Shown here in pieces: positions 29,563 to 38,269 of a stretch of 64,000 bases of DNA. Below the pieces are notes generated by a model that had not been told where the DNA came from, made no database searches, and saw nothing but the letters and a program-made list of their open reading frames with translations. Numbering within the stretch: the stretch's first letter is position 1; each line of letters opens with the position of its first letter. The DNA is from Candidatus Altiarchaeales archaeon (GTDB taxonomy: Archaea; Altiarchaeota; Altiarchaeia; IMC4; SCGC-AAA252-I15): positions 352,001-416,000 of the forward strand of contig WJMO01000005.1 in the NCBI GenBank assembly GCA_014727915.1, given 5' to 3'. A program made the translations under genes and the position numbers.

Positions 29563-30881
29563 ATGAACCCCAACAAGCTTATCGTCAACGCCGCGAACCC
29601 GGTCCCAACCAGTATGCCCACCTGCTGGGGCCTCCCCGACACGCCGATGGCCGTGCCCAGGTTGCCCTCGCCGATGCCGCCGATGCCGCCGATGGGCGAG
29701 GGTCCGCAGGATGCCGCCGCATTAACGATGAAGGCGGTCAACACTATGGGAACCGCGAAGGCGCTTCCAGTAACATCTCCCAGGCGGGTGCCGAACATGA
29801 GCACCCCCGGTATCAAGGCCATCCCGATGATCCTCCCGCAGGGCATGGGCAGTATGGTGGGCAGGTTCACCAGCAGCACAGCCACACCCACGTAGCCGAG
29901 GGGCGTCAACGCCACATTCTCCAGCAATTCGATCAGGACGTCGAAGCTGCCCACCGCCACCAGCGCACCCGCCATTATGAAACCTGATATCATGGCCATC
30001 ACCGGGTGCAATATCACGCCCGCTACCAGGTCCTGTATCGAAGTTTCCGAGATCACCATCACGACCAATACTATGAGCATGAGTACCGTCTGGATCGGGA
30101 CCGGCGGCTTCAACACGAACACCGAGGTTATGGTCAGCAGGAATATGCCCAACGCCAGGTAACCGGACCTGGGGATCTTCTCAGTCTTCTCCTTTTTCTC
30201 CTCAGCCTCCTCCTCAACGTTCAACAATGACTCGGACGGCATTATCCTGTATATGAACCTGGTTGACAGCATGGTAACCGCCGTTATCAGCATTATAGCT
30301 ATCTGCTGGGCGTTCCCGAAGGATCCCAGCTCGTAGCCGCCCATCCCCTCCCCGACCATGCCGATGCCGCCGATGGGCGAGGGTCCGCAGGATGCCGCCG
30401 CATTAACGATGAAGCCGAAGACGATGATGCTAGCCAGCAGGGGGCTCTTCTTCGCCTTCGCGATGTTATGGCCGAACAGTATCGCCGCGGGTATGAGCGC
30501 GGCAGCCATTATCCTCCCGCAGGGCATCGCAAGTATCGTGGGAGTGTTCACCAGCAACGCGACCGTGCCCGTCATCCCCACTGGTGTCCTGCTCGCCCGC
30601 TCGAGCAGGTGGATCGCCGCCCGGAAGGCTCCCGCAGCCTCTAGGGCTCCGGCAACCAGGAAACCAGCTATCAACGCGGTGATCGGGTGCAGGTACAGGT
30701 TGGACATGAGCTCCCTGACGCCCACGCTGTTGCCTGACATGAACGCCAATACAACCAGGACAATCGATGATAGGATCAGCGCTGACTGTATCGGGAGGAT
30801 GTCCTGCCGTATCCACCCCCGGAGCGATGCTACTATCACCCCGAAGAAGATTATCAACCCGGTCAAGCCCAGCAAGTCCAT
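29559..30881 (-). CDS. Internally duplicated polytopic membrane protein (ion-transporter-superfamily-like) with four symmetric Cys
   Basis: Each half carries LHP, LVNxPTILxMPCGRI and FIVNAAASCGPSPIGGIG; roughly 12-14 TM segments. Confidence 0.75.
   Translation of the reverse strand: MDLLGLTGLIIFFGVIVASLRGWIRQDILPIQSALILSSIVLVVLAFMSGNSVGVRELMSNLYLHPITALIAGFLVAGALEAAGAFRAAIHLLERASRTPVGMTGTVALLVNTPTILAMPCGRIMAAALIPAAILFGHNIAKAKKSPLLASIIVFGFIVNAAASCGPSPIGGIGMVGEGMGGYELGSFGNAQQIAIMLITAVTMLSTRFIYRIMPSESLLNVEEEAEEKKEKTEKIPRSGYLALGIFLLTITSVFVLKPPVPIQTVLMLIVLVVMVISETSIQDLVAGVILHPVMAMISGFIMAGALVAVGSFDVLIELLENVALTPLGYVGVAVLLVNLPTILPMPCGRIIGMALIPGVLMFGTRLGDVTGSAFAVPIVLTAFIVNAAASCGPSPIGGIGGIGEGNLGTAIGVSGRPQQVGILVGTGFAALTISLLGFI
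29679..30414. repeat. 55-bp perfect intragenic direct repeat (29679-29733 and 30360-30414)
   Basis: GCCGATGCCGCCGATGGGCGAGGGTCCGCAGGATGCCGCCGCATTAACGATGAAG occurs twice, identical. Confidence 0.9.
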
Positions 30882-30882
30882 A

Positions 30883-31245
30883 CTAGAACCTCACCTTCCC
30901 CACTCTGTTGGCTATGGTCCTGGAGCCGATTTCGGTCAATCCCACCCTGGAGCCGACGGAGAGCTTGTCTATGCAGATGTTGCAGGGGCTTGTCTCAGCG
31001 GATACTACACTACCATCCTCCAATTCGACTTTCAAGGGCAGGCTGGCCTTGCCGGACTGGTCGCCCGTAGAACATGACATGCACCCGTTCACGGAGCAGG
31101 CTTTCACACCCTCCAAACCCAGCGAGAGTATAACACCTGTCCGCTGGGGTCTGAATAGGGTCTTGAAGTTCAGGTAGACCAGGTAGATGCCCAGGGCTAT
31201 CAAAAAACCGAAAACGCCCTGGTTTACCGCTTCGACCGGGTTCAT
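30883..31245 (-). CDS. Membrane-anchored Cys-rich small protein (120 aa)
   Basis: True start MNPVEAV (31245, or GTG 31251); TM helix, then CSVNGCMSC and SPCNIC; the ORF-track extension overlaps gcvH. Confidence 0.75.
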   Translation of the reverse strand: MNPVEAVNQGVFGFLIALGIYLVYLNFKTLFRPQRTGVILSLGLEGVKACSVNGCMSCSTGDQSGKASLPLKVELEDGSVVSAETSPCNICIDKLSVGSRVGLTEIGSRTIANRVGKVRF

Positions 31246-31247
31246 GA

Positions 31248-31676
31248 TCACTTGGCGTGCTTCTGGACTTCGGCCTTCTGCCACTCCACGGCGGCGTCGC
31301 CCTTCATGAGGTTGTCCACCTCGCCGGGGTCGCTCATCTCGACCTCGAAGATCCAGCCCTCCCCGTAGGGGTCGCTGTTTATCTTCGAGGGGTCGTCGTA
31401 TAGGTCCTGGTTCACCGCTGTTATGCTCCCCGAAACTGGCGCGTAGAGGTCGCCCACCCATTTCTTCGTCTCTATGGTGCCGACCTTGTCGTCCTGTTTG
31501 ACCTCGTCGCCCTCGAAGGGCATCATCACATAGCTTATCTCTCCGGCCAGCTTCTGCGTGAAGTCTGTGGCGCCGACCTTGCACTTGTTGCCTTCGACCT
31601 TCGCCCAGTAGTGCTCCCTGTGATAGTAGAGCTCTTCCGGGAGGTCGTATCCTTCAACGTCAACCATCCAAATCAC
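31248..31676 (-). CDS. gcvH: GcvH-like lipoyl carrier protein (LbpA-like KW motif)
   Basis: LYYHREHYW, VGATDF, GTIETKKWVGDLYAPVSG (lipoyl Lys before Trp), INSDPYGEGW. Confidence 0.88.
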   Translation of the reverse strand: MIWMVDVEGYDLPEELYYHREHYWAKVEGNKCKVGATDFTQKLAGEISYVMMPFEGDEVKQDDKVGTIETKKWVGDLYAPVSGSITAVNQDLYDDPSKINSDPYGEGWIFEVEMSDPGEVDNLMKGDAAVEWQKAEVQKHAK

Positions 31677-31683
31677 CTATGAA

Positions 31684-32520
31684 TTATACTGGGGTGTAAG
31701 CGTATGCCTTGCCAAACGGCCTTGATGAACTGGGAGCTATCTTCGTGAACTTCTCTCCCTTCAGGAGCTCCGCTGGCACGTTGAAGTGGTCGCAGAACTT
31801 CTTCAATATCTCGTTCAACTCCCTCTGGTCCTCCTCGCTCATCTCCTTATTGGACGCGTATATGCCCAGCAGCTCCTCGCGGACGTCCCCGCGCATGTAT
31901 ATCTTCCCCCCGTGGATGCCGGCTCCAAGGTCTGTCTGGGCCAGTTCACACTCCATGAGCTTGATCTTCTTGGGGTCGATGTTCTTCTTCTCCATGGGCT
32001 TGCTCCGGTCCTTTATCGCATCTGTGAAGTCCAGTCCAAGGACTGCTATGATCCCCCCTGCCATGTACTCTCCACAGTACTGTTTCACGCTGCCGCCGTA
32101 TACTATGGTGGGCACGTTCTCCTTGAACTCCTTCATGTGTATGCCGATCCTGGATCCGCCGTTGCCCATTATGTATATCTCGCCGCCGCGGGCGCCCATG
32201 CCCGTAATGTCCCATGAGTCCCCGTAGACGATTATCTCCCCCTTGTTCAGCGTGTTCCCGAGGAGGTATTCGCTGCATCCGTGGACTATCACCTTCGGGC
32301 CTTCCATGAACACCCCCAAGTCCAAGCCCGCGTCGCCGAACAGTTCCAAGGTTATGTCCTTCTTTATCCCGGCTCCGATGAACCGCTGGCCGTTGACGTT
32401 CTTGACCACGATGTGCTCCCAGCCGTCGGCTACCGCCCCCCGGATCCTCTTGTTCAACACCCGGTAGTCCATGTATTCGCCGTTCTCCCGCGCGTTTATT
32501 ATGAACTTGTTCTCTGACAT
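31684..32520 (-). CDS. Glutamate synthase GXGXG-domain subunit (GltB3)
   Basis: NVNGQRFIG, repeated GXGXG beta-helix units, GEYMAGG; start MSENKF. Confidence 0.88.
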   Translation of the reverse strand: MSENKFIINARENGEYMDYRVLNKRIRGAVADGWEHIVVKNVNGQRFIGAGIKKDITLELFGDAGLDLGVFMEGPKVIVHGCSEYLLGNTLNKGEIIVYGDSWDITGMGARGGEIYIMGNGGSRIGIHMKEFKENVPTIVYGGSVKQYCGEYMAGGIIAVLGLDFTDAIKDRSKPMEKKNIDPKKIKLMECELAQTDLGAGIHGGKIYMRGDVREELLGIYASNKEMSEEDQRELNEILKKFCDHFNVPAELLKGEKFTKIAPSSSRPFGKAYAYTPV

Positions 32521-32525
32521 ATTCT

Positions 32526-34055
32526 TCACTCTCCCGCGTGCTTGACACCCAGTATCTGGGCCTCGTGGGGGTTGGGTCCGATGTACCTCAGCCTGCCCCT
32601 GTTGCCTATGAAGGACTCGACCGCGTCGATGCCCATTATGCCCAATACCTCCTCCAATTCCGCGTGCCAGGCGTTGAACAGGTTCACAACCCTCTGGGTG
32701 GCCCATTCCACGTCCACCCGCTTGCCCAGGTCCGGGCGTCCGGTGGCAATGCCCCAGCTGCACTGGCCCCTGTGGCACTGCTGGCATACGGTGCAGCCCA
32801 TGGCCATCAGCACCGAAGTGGATATCATCCCGCAGTCCGCCCCCAAGGCGAGCATCTTGACCAGGTCCGCGGAGCTCCTCAGAGAACCGCCAGCGACCAA
32901 TGTTACCTTGTGCCTGATGCCCTGGCGGGTCAGGTGCCGGTCCGTCGCGGCGACAGCCAGCTCTATGGGTATGCCCGTGTTGTCCCTCACAACCCTCGGT
33001 GCGGCTCCCGTGCCCCCGCGCAAACCGTCTATGGTGATGAAGTCCGCGTTCGCGTGCACTATCCCCGAGGCGATGGCAGGCGCGTTGTTGACGGCCGCGA
33101 TCTTCACACCCACAGGGACCTTGTAGTCTGTGGCCTCGTGCAATGCGGCTATCAGCGTTTTCAAGTCTTCAATTGAGTATATGTCGTGCTGTGGGTTGGG
33201 GCTCAAGGCGTCGGTACCCTCGGGTATGCCCCTGGTGTCGGCGATCATCTCGTTCACCTTCTCGCCTGGCAGCTGCCCTCCGTGTCCCGGCTTAGCGCCC
33301 TGCCCGATCTTGATTTCCAACGCCGCCACGTCCAGGTAGTCCGGCCCCACTCCGAAACGCCCGGATGCGACCTCGCTGACTATGTTGGCCTTGTAGGGTC
33401 TTAGGCTGACGTGCAGTCCGCCCTCTCCTGTCCCCATCAGCGTGCCCACCTTCTCGGCGGCCCGAATCATTGAGATGTAGGCGTTGTATGACAGCGATCC
33501 CAGGCTCATGTGGCCTATGAACAATGGCATGGACATCCTGACGTTAGGGGGTATGTCCTCGACCTCGTAGCCTTTCTTCATGTCCTTGACGTCCAGCCGG
33601 TCGATCTTCTTCCCCAGGAATGTGACCGTCTCCACAGGCTCTCTCAGCGCGTCTATGGCCGGGTTGGTGACCTGGCATGCGTCCCATACGAGGTTGTCGA
33701 ACACGGACGGTTTAGGCTGGTCGCAGCCCATCCCCGTCAGCAATACCCTGCCGGTCCGGGCGTTCTCGTAGATCACTCTGTGGTAGTATGTGGTCCAGTT
33801 CGCGTGGGGTGAATAGGTTCCCGGGTGGTTCCGGACGGTTATCGCGTCCACGGGGCAGAATACGGTGCACCTCTGGCATGCGACGCAGTTGCTGTCCTTT
33901 GAAACATAGGGTTTCTTCTCGTCTTTATCCCATTTTATGCAGTCGTAGGTGCAGTTCACAGCGCAACGCCTGCACTTGGTGCACTTGTCCAGGTCTATGT
34001 CGACCTTGAACTTGGCTAGCATAGTGTCCTGTATGGTCTTCAACTCATGGTTCAT
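32526..34055 (-). CDS. gltB: Archaeal glutamate synthase FMN-binding subunit with N-terminal 2x[4Fe-4S] (GltB2)
   Basis: MSLGSLS, GTGEGG, VASGRFGV, EIKIGQGAKPGHGGQLPGEKV, HDIYSIEDL, CTVCQQCHRGQC; start MNHELK. Confidence 0.93.
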   Translation of the reverse strand: MNHELKTIQDTMLAKFKVDIDLDKCTKCRRCAVNCTYDCIKWDKDEKKPYVSKDSNCVACQRCTVFCPVDAITVRNHPGTYSPHANWTTYYHRVIYENARTGRVLLTGMGCDQPKPSVFDNLVWDACQVTNPAIDALREPVETVTFLGKKIDRLDVKDMKKGYEVEDIPPNVRMSMPLFIGHMSLGSLSYNAYISMIRAAEKVGTLMGTGEGGLHVSLRPYKANIVSEVASGRFGVGPDYLDVAALEIKIGQGAKPGHGGQLPGEKVNEMIADTRGIPEGTDALSPNPQHDIYSIEDLKTLIAALHEATDYKVPVGVKIAAVNNAPAIASGIVHANADFITIDGLRGGTGAAPRVVRDNTGIPIELAVAATDRHLTRQGIRHKVTLVAGGSLRSSADLVKMLALGADCGMISTSVLMAMGCTVCQQCHRGQCSWGIATGRPDLGKRVDVEWATQRVVNLFNAWHAELEEVLGIMGIDAVESFIGNRGRLRYIGPNPHEAQILGVKHAGE

Positions 34056-35182
34056 CCTAGGTTCACCCCCTCGAACACTTCCCCGGTCCCGCGGGTCTTG
34101 ATGCCCTCCTTTGACACTATGACCGGCACGCCCGGGTTGGGCTGCCAGTAGTCGCCAGTGTCGCATACGGTGCGTATCGAAGACAGCTCGCTGGCGCAGT
34201 AGAACGTGTTGCTGTCCCCGTCGTATGCGGCGATCATGGGCCTCAGCTTCTTCCGGTCCGTGTGGGCTATCATCGTCGGCTCCGGGTCGTCCGTAGTTAT
34301 CACGATCGAGAAGGGGCCGTTGGCCAGTGCGCTCCGGTAGGTCTGCCTTATGTAATTCATCCACCGCTTTCTCTCGGGACTCATGAGGTTGATGTCCCTC
34401 CAGTAGGGGGGTGCTATGGCGGTGGTCGCTATCTGGTGGACTATCCCCTTCGGGTATCCGCTCCTCCGTATTATGTAATCTACTATGTAGGCGAGGACTT
34501 CAGTGTCCGTCCTCAGCATGCACTGGTATCCCCGTTCTTCGAGGTAGTTTACGTTCGTCCCGTAGGATGTGATCTCTCCGTTGTGGACGACCGAGGTTCC
34601 GAGTATGTTGAATGGGTGAGCGCCGCCCCACCACCCCGGCGTGTTGGTGGGGAACCTGGAGTGGGCGCTCCACATGAACGCTTTCATCTCGTCTATCCTG
34701 TAGAATTCGGCTATGTCCGCGGCCCAGCCGTTTCCTTTGAACACGGCCATGTTCTTGCCGCTGCTCATGCAGAAGGCCCCGTCAATGGTGGAGTTCACGT
34801 GCATGACAACGTCCTTGATGTGCTCGTCGGCGTCCTCCCTCTTGGTGTTCACGAAGAACCTCCATATCTGCGGAGGTTCCCTTATCCTCTCCGTCTCCCT
34901 TATGGGGACTTCCTCGTCGAAGATCACGTCCGTGTGGGCGTTTAGGTACTCCTCCACCCTCTGTTTAGTGGGTGCCTTACCCGGCACTTCTTCGAGTATG
35001 AGCTGTATGCAGTAGTCGTCCTCGTGCTTTGGGAATATGCCGTGGGCTGCGAAACCCGCTCCCAGACCGTTCTCCCGTTCCTTCTGGAGGCGTATCATGT
35101 CCGCTATCTGCTTCCCCTCCACGGGCTTCCCGTCTATGTTGAACAGTGCCGCTATCCCGCACGCGTCATATACTCGGTTCAT
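34052..35182 (-). CDS. Glutamate synthase class II glutamine amidotransferase subunit (GltB1)
   Basis: DACGIA near N-terminus, RENGLGAG, HSRFPTNTPGWWGGAHPF, VHNGEI, TDTEV, LRP; start MNRVYD. Confidence 0.92.
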   Translation of the reverse strand: MNRVYDACGIAALFNIDGKPVEGKQIADMIRLQKERENGLGAGFAAHGIFPKHEDDYCIQLILEEVPGKAPTKQRVEEYLNAHTDVIFDEEVPIRETERIREPPQIWRFFVNTKREDADEHIKDVVMHVNSTIDGAFCMSSGKNMAVFKGNGWAADIAEFYRIDEMKAFMWSAHSRFPTNTPGWWGGAHPFNILGTSVVHNGEITSYGTNVNYLEERGYQCMLRTDTEVLAYIVDYIIRRSGYPKGIVHQIATTAIAPPYWRDINLMSPERKRWMNYIRQTYRSALANGPFSIVITTDDPEPTMIAHTDRKKLRPMIAAYDGDSNTFYCASELSSIRTVCDTGDYWQPNPGVPVIVSKEGIKTRGTGEVFEGVNLG

Positions 35183-36492
35183 TTTTTCTTCTTCTTGCTC
35201 TTTTCGATTATCCTGGTTATCTCCTCTGGGTCTGCCGGTTTCAACGGGTCCATCCCCAGGCGCCTCCTTATCATCTCGTTCTGTCGCATCCCGTATCCTG
35301 TGGACTTGATCATGTCCATCTTCATATGGATCACATCGGGTGCCTTGCCATTCTCCACCGCGACCTCCCTCAATTTCAGGAACAGGTCCTTCAAGCCTAT
35401 GTTGTTGGGGCATCTTGCCATGCACTTCCCGCATTGCAGGCAGTGCCATATGAGCGGGTTCTCTATGGCCTCGTCCAGCTTGCCTTCTTTCAGGAGGTCC
35501 ACGATCTCCAGCGGGTCGAAGGGCTTCCCCGTATCCTCTGTTATCTGGGCTTCCGTGCACTCCAGCCTGCATGCTTCGCAGTGGCTTATGAGGTCGTTGT
35601 AGTCGAAGTACTTCTTCACTTCCTCAAGTTTGGCTCCTTCCTCGTATTCGACACCGATTTTCTCGAGGGCTGGTTGCACGCTGGTCGCGTGCATCTTCAA
35701 TGCCATGTCCTCTGGACTTAACCCCAGTGCCAGTCCTATGAGCTCTGTGACGTAGAAGACGGGTATCGCGTGCTCTCTCATCTCCTTGGAGAGCCGGTCG
35801 AACTGCAGGAAGCATGTGGGGCATGCTGTGACCATGCAGTCCGCGTTCTCCTTTGCATGTGCCAGCTTGTTCTTCAGCAGCTTGTCCGCGTCTTCGCTGT
35901 TGAATGCTGCTATGGGTACTCCGCAGCAGTCCATCTTGTACGGGTAGTCGGCGGTTTCAGCCCCTAGTTTCCCGACGATCTCGTCGAGGGATGTCGGGGT
36001 GTCCGGGTGGTCGCTTTTGACTGCCTGGGGCCATAGGGCGTGGCATCCGTAGTGGACTGCGACCTTCAGGCCCTTCAGGGGCTTTTTCACCTGGCTGTTT
36101 ATGACGTTGATCTTGTTGTGTATGGCTTCTAGTATGTGTTCGACTTTCACGCTCTTCTCGTATCTCTCGGATTCCTTGAGCATGTCGTTTATGTGCTTTC
36201 GGGTGTCGGGGTATTCCAGTTCCCTGTGGGCTTTTTCGAATGTGTTGTAGCATCCGCTGCAGGCCACGAGGATGTGGTCTCCTGCGAGTGCCATGTTGCG
36301 CGCGCTTAGTGCGAGTGCTGCGTCGTGGTCGTATGCTTTCGCGGACACTGGGTCTGGGCAGCAGGTCCATCCGTCTATCTCGTCTGCTTGCAGTCCAATC
36401 TTTTCGAGGGCCTTGTTTGTTGTTAAGATCAGGTATGGTAGTGTGTTGCTTATGGTGCAACCCCAGTAGATCGATGTTTTTTTCAATTTCAC
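35179..36492 (-). CDS. HdrB-HdrC fusion (heterodisulfide-reductase-like)
   Basis: WGC..WTCCP..ACSGC and VHYGCH..CCG..ACPTC HdrB domains, then HCEACRLEC..WHCLQCGKCMARCP HdrC-like domain; start GTG 36492 or TTG 36486. Confidence 0.9.
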   Translation of the reverse strand: MKLKKTSIYWGCTISNTLPYLILTTNKALEKIGLQADEIDGWTCCPDPVSAKAYDHDAALALSARNMALAGDHILVACSGCYNTFEKAHRELEYPDTRKHINDMLKESERYEKSVKVEHILEAIHNKINVINSQVKKPLKGLKVAVHYGCHALWPQAVKSDHPDTPTSLDEIVGKLGAETADYPYKMDCCGVPIAAFNSEDADKLLKNKLAHAKENADCMVTACPTCFLQFDRLSKEMREHAIPVFYVTELIGLALGLSPEDMALKMHATSVQPALEKIGVEYEEGAKLEEVKKYFDYNDLISHCEACRLECTEAQITEDTGKPFDPLEIVDLLKEGKLDEAIENPLIWHCLQCGKCMARCPNNIGLKDLFLKLREVAVENGKAPDVIHMKMDMIKSTGYGMRQNEMIRRRLGMDPLKPADPEEITRIIEKSKKKKK

Positions 36493-36494
36493 AC

Positions 36495-36530
36495 CAACCT
36501 AAATATGGCATTTATTATTTAAATATTTAA
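36495..36530 (-). promoter_or_regulatory. Promoter of the Hdr-glutamate synthase operon
   Basis: ATATGGCATTTATTATTTAAATAT (+ strand) shared with the gdhA promoter; TATA-like. Confidence 0.6.
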
Positions 36531-36719
36531 TGATTTATGGTATAATGGTTTAATTATTAAACTAAATGCTTGTTTTAGGTGGTTAGAAATAATGTGTATT
36601 TTTATATGGAAAATGATTAAAATATTATAAATATTTTAAAAAATTATTGATTTCACAATATTTATATATCAATTGTAAATATCCCAACAACAAAAGAGGT
36701 TTAAGGGTTAAATTTAAAA

Positions 36720-37259
36720 GTGAAAAACAGGCTTTCCGATAATGAGAAGCGGGTTCTGACCTGCCTCATAAAAGACGGCCGGACCACATGCACGGAGATG
36801 GCCAGGGAACTGGGCATAACCAGCCAGGCTGTGGGGAAGATCAAGGAGAAGCTGGAACGGGAGGGGTTCATAAGCGGGTATACCGCGGTCGTCGACCAGG
36901 AACAGCTGGGAATCACCGTGCTCGCCATAGCGTTCTTCAGGTTCAAGTCCGGAGCATGGACCAAGATGGAAGAGAAGGACATACTCGACAGGGTCAAGGG
37001 ACCCCACCTCATAAACGTCTACAGGGTCCCAGTCGGCGACGTCACCCACATGGTAGTCTACGGATTCCGGAACATAAAGGAGATGGACAACTACTTCCAC
37101 CGCCTCCAGACCGAACGGGAGCACATAAGCGAACTCAAGAGCCTCTACGTCCTATCGACGGGGAGCGTCATGAAGGATTCACCGAACGAGCTCCTGCTGA
37201 AGATAATAGACGAGATGGGCCACGAGGAAATGGCAAGGCCCGAGACACCGTCAGCCTAG
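36720..37259 (+). CDS. Lrp/AsnC-family transcriptional regulator (paralog 2)
   Basis: Highly similar to 23181-23723 (GITSQAVGKIK, RVKGPHL, THMVVYGFR, LQTEREHISELK). Confidence 0.9.
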   Translation: MKNRLSDNEKRVLTCLIKDGRTTCTEMARELGITSQAVGKIKEKLEREGFISGYTAVVDQEQLGITVLAIAFFRFKSGAWTKMEEKDILDRVKGPHLINVYRVPVGDVTHMVVYGFRNIKEMDNYFHRLQTEREHISELKSLYVLSTGSVMKDSPNELLLKIIDEMGHEEMARPETPSA

Positions 37260-38176
37260 CCCCAGTAGGGGTTCTTCACGTACTTGAACGCGTTCAAACC
37301 CGCGAGCCCTCCCTCGCCTATGGCCTGGGGTATCCTTATCCACTTGCCGACGATGTCGCCGGCCGCGAACACGCCCTCGATGCTCGTCCTCAGGTCGGAG
37401 TCGACGACGATCTTCTCCTGGTCGTTCAGCTCCACGCCGATCCTGTTGAGGAACTCCGTGTTGGCGGCGGTCCCAAGGCTGAACAGCACGTGATTCACCT
37501 CCCAGACCGTCTTCGAATCGTCCTTGTTGTTCAATAACGTGACCTTCTCCACCTTACCGTCTCCGTCGATGTCGAAGACCTCGGTGTTCCACAGCACGTT
37601 CACGCACTCGTCCTTCACGCACGCCACGTTCTTGTCCGTCGCCCGGAACGCGTCACGCCTGTGTATGATCGTAACATCCGCGCCGTTCCTCTTCAGCTCC
37701 ACCGCGCACTCCACGGCAGTGTCACCCCCGCCGACGACAATTATCCTCTGGCCATTGTACCTTGCAGGGTCGGGGAGGCAGAAGTTCACGCCTGACAGGT
37801 CCTCGCCCTTCACGCCCAGCTTCCGAGGCGAACCCAAACCCACGGCCAATATCACAGCAGAGCACGCGTATTCGCCCCGGTTGGTCTTCAACTTCAGGCC
37901 TTCCTTCAGCTTCTTCACGTCCGAGACGGTCTCGTTCTCGTTTATGTCCACGCCCTCCTTCAATGCGTGGTCTACCATCATCTTCGATACTTCAGCGCCG
38001 GTCTTCTCGTAGATGCCAAGGTAGTTGTCGACCTTCTTCCAAGGGTACTGGTTCGTCAGCGCCCCCCCGGCATTCCCTGATTCGACGACCAACGTCTTGA
38101 GCTTATAATATGCCGTCGTGATCGCGGCAGACAATCCTGCGGGCCCGCCCCCGACAATGACAACGTCGTAGTCCAT
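37256..38176 (-). CDS. TrxB-fold FAD/NAD(P)H oxidoreductase lacking CxxC (ferredoxin-NADP reductase-like)
   Basis: GGGPAG, GGGDTA, HRRDAFR, FAAGD; VNFCLPD in place of CATCDG. Confidence 0.8.
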   Translation of the reverse strand: MDYDVVIVGGGPAGLSAAITTAYYKLKTLVVESGNAGGALTNQYPWKKVDNYLGIYEKTGAEVSKMMVDHALKEGVDINENETVSDVKKLKEGLKLKTNRGEYACSAVILAVGLGSPRKLGVKGEDLSGVNFCLPDPARYNGQRIIVVGGGDTAVECAVELKRNGADVTIIHRRDAFRATDKNVACVKDECVNVLWNTEVFDIDGDGKVEKVTLLNNKDDSKTVWEVNHVLFSLGTAANTEFLNRIGVELNDQEKIVVDSDLRTSIEGVFAAGDIVGKWIRIPQAIGEGGLAGLNAFKYVKNPYWG

Positions 38177-38269
38177 TGTAACAGATAAGATGAAAGTCAC
38201 GGTATAAAAATCCTATTTTCACTGTGAAAACGTCCTGCTTATAATCTACTATCGGTAATATCTACCAAC

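Noticed and set aside
30883-35572. Long N-terminal extensions in the ORF track (starts at 31584, 32787, 34364, 35572) read as fusions or overlapping genes
   Set aside because: They overlap upstream genes out of frame; internal starts next to the upstream stop codons give normal-sized subunits.
23727-36492. Selenocysteine (UGA) recoding in the Hdr-like genes, or a methanogenic HdrABC / complete glycine cleavage system
   Set aside because: The Cys motifs are encoded without in-frame UGA; hdrA, mvhD, gcvP and gcvT are absent from the window.
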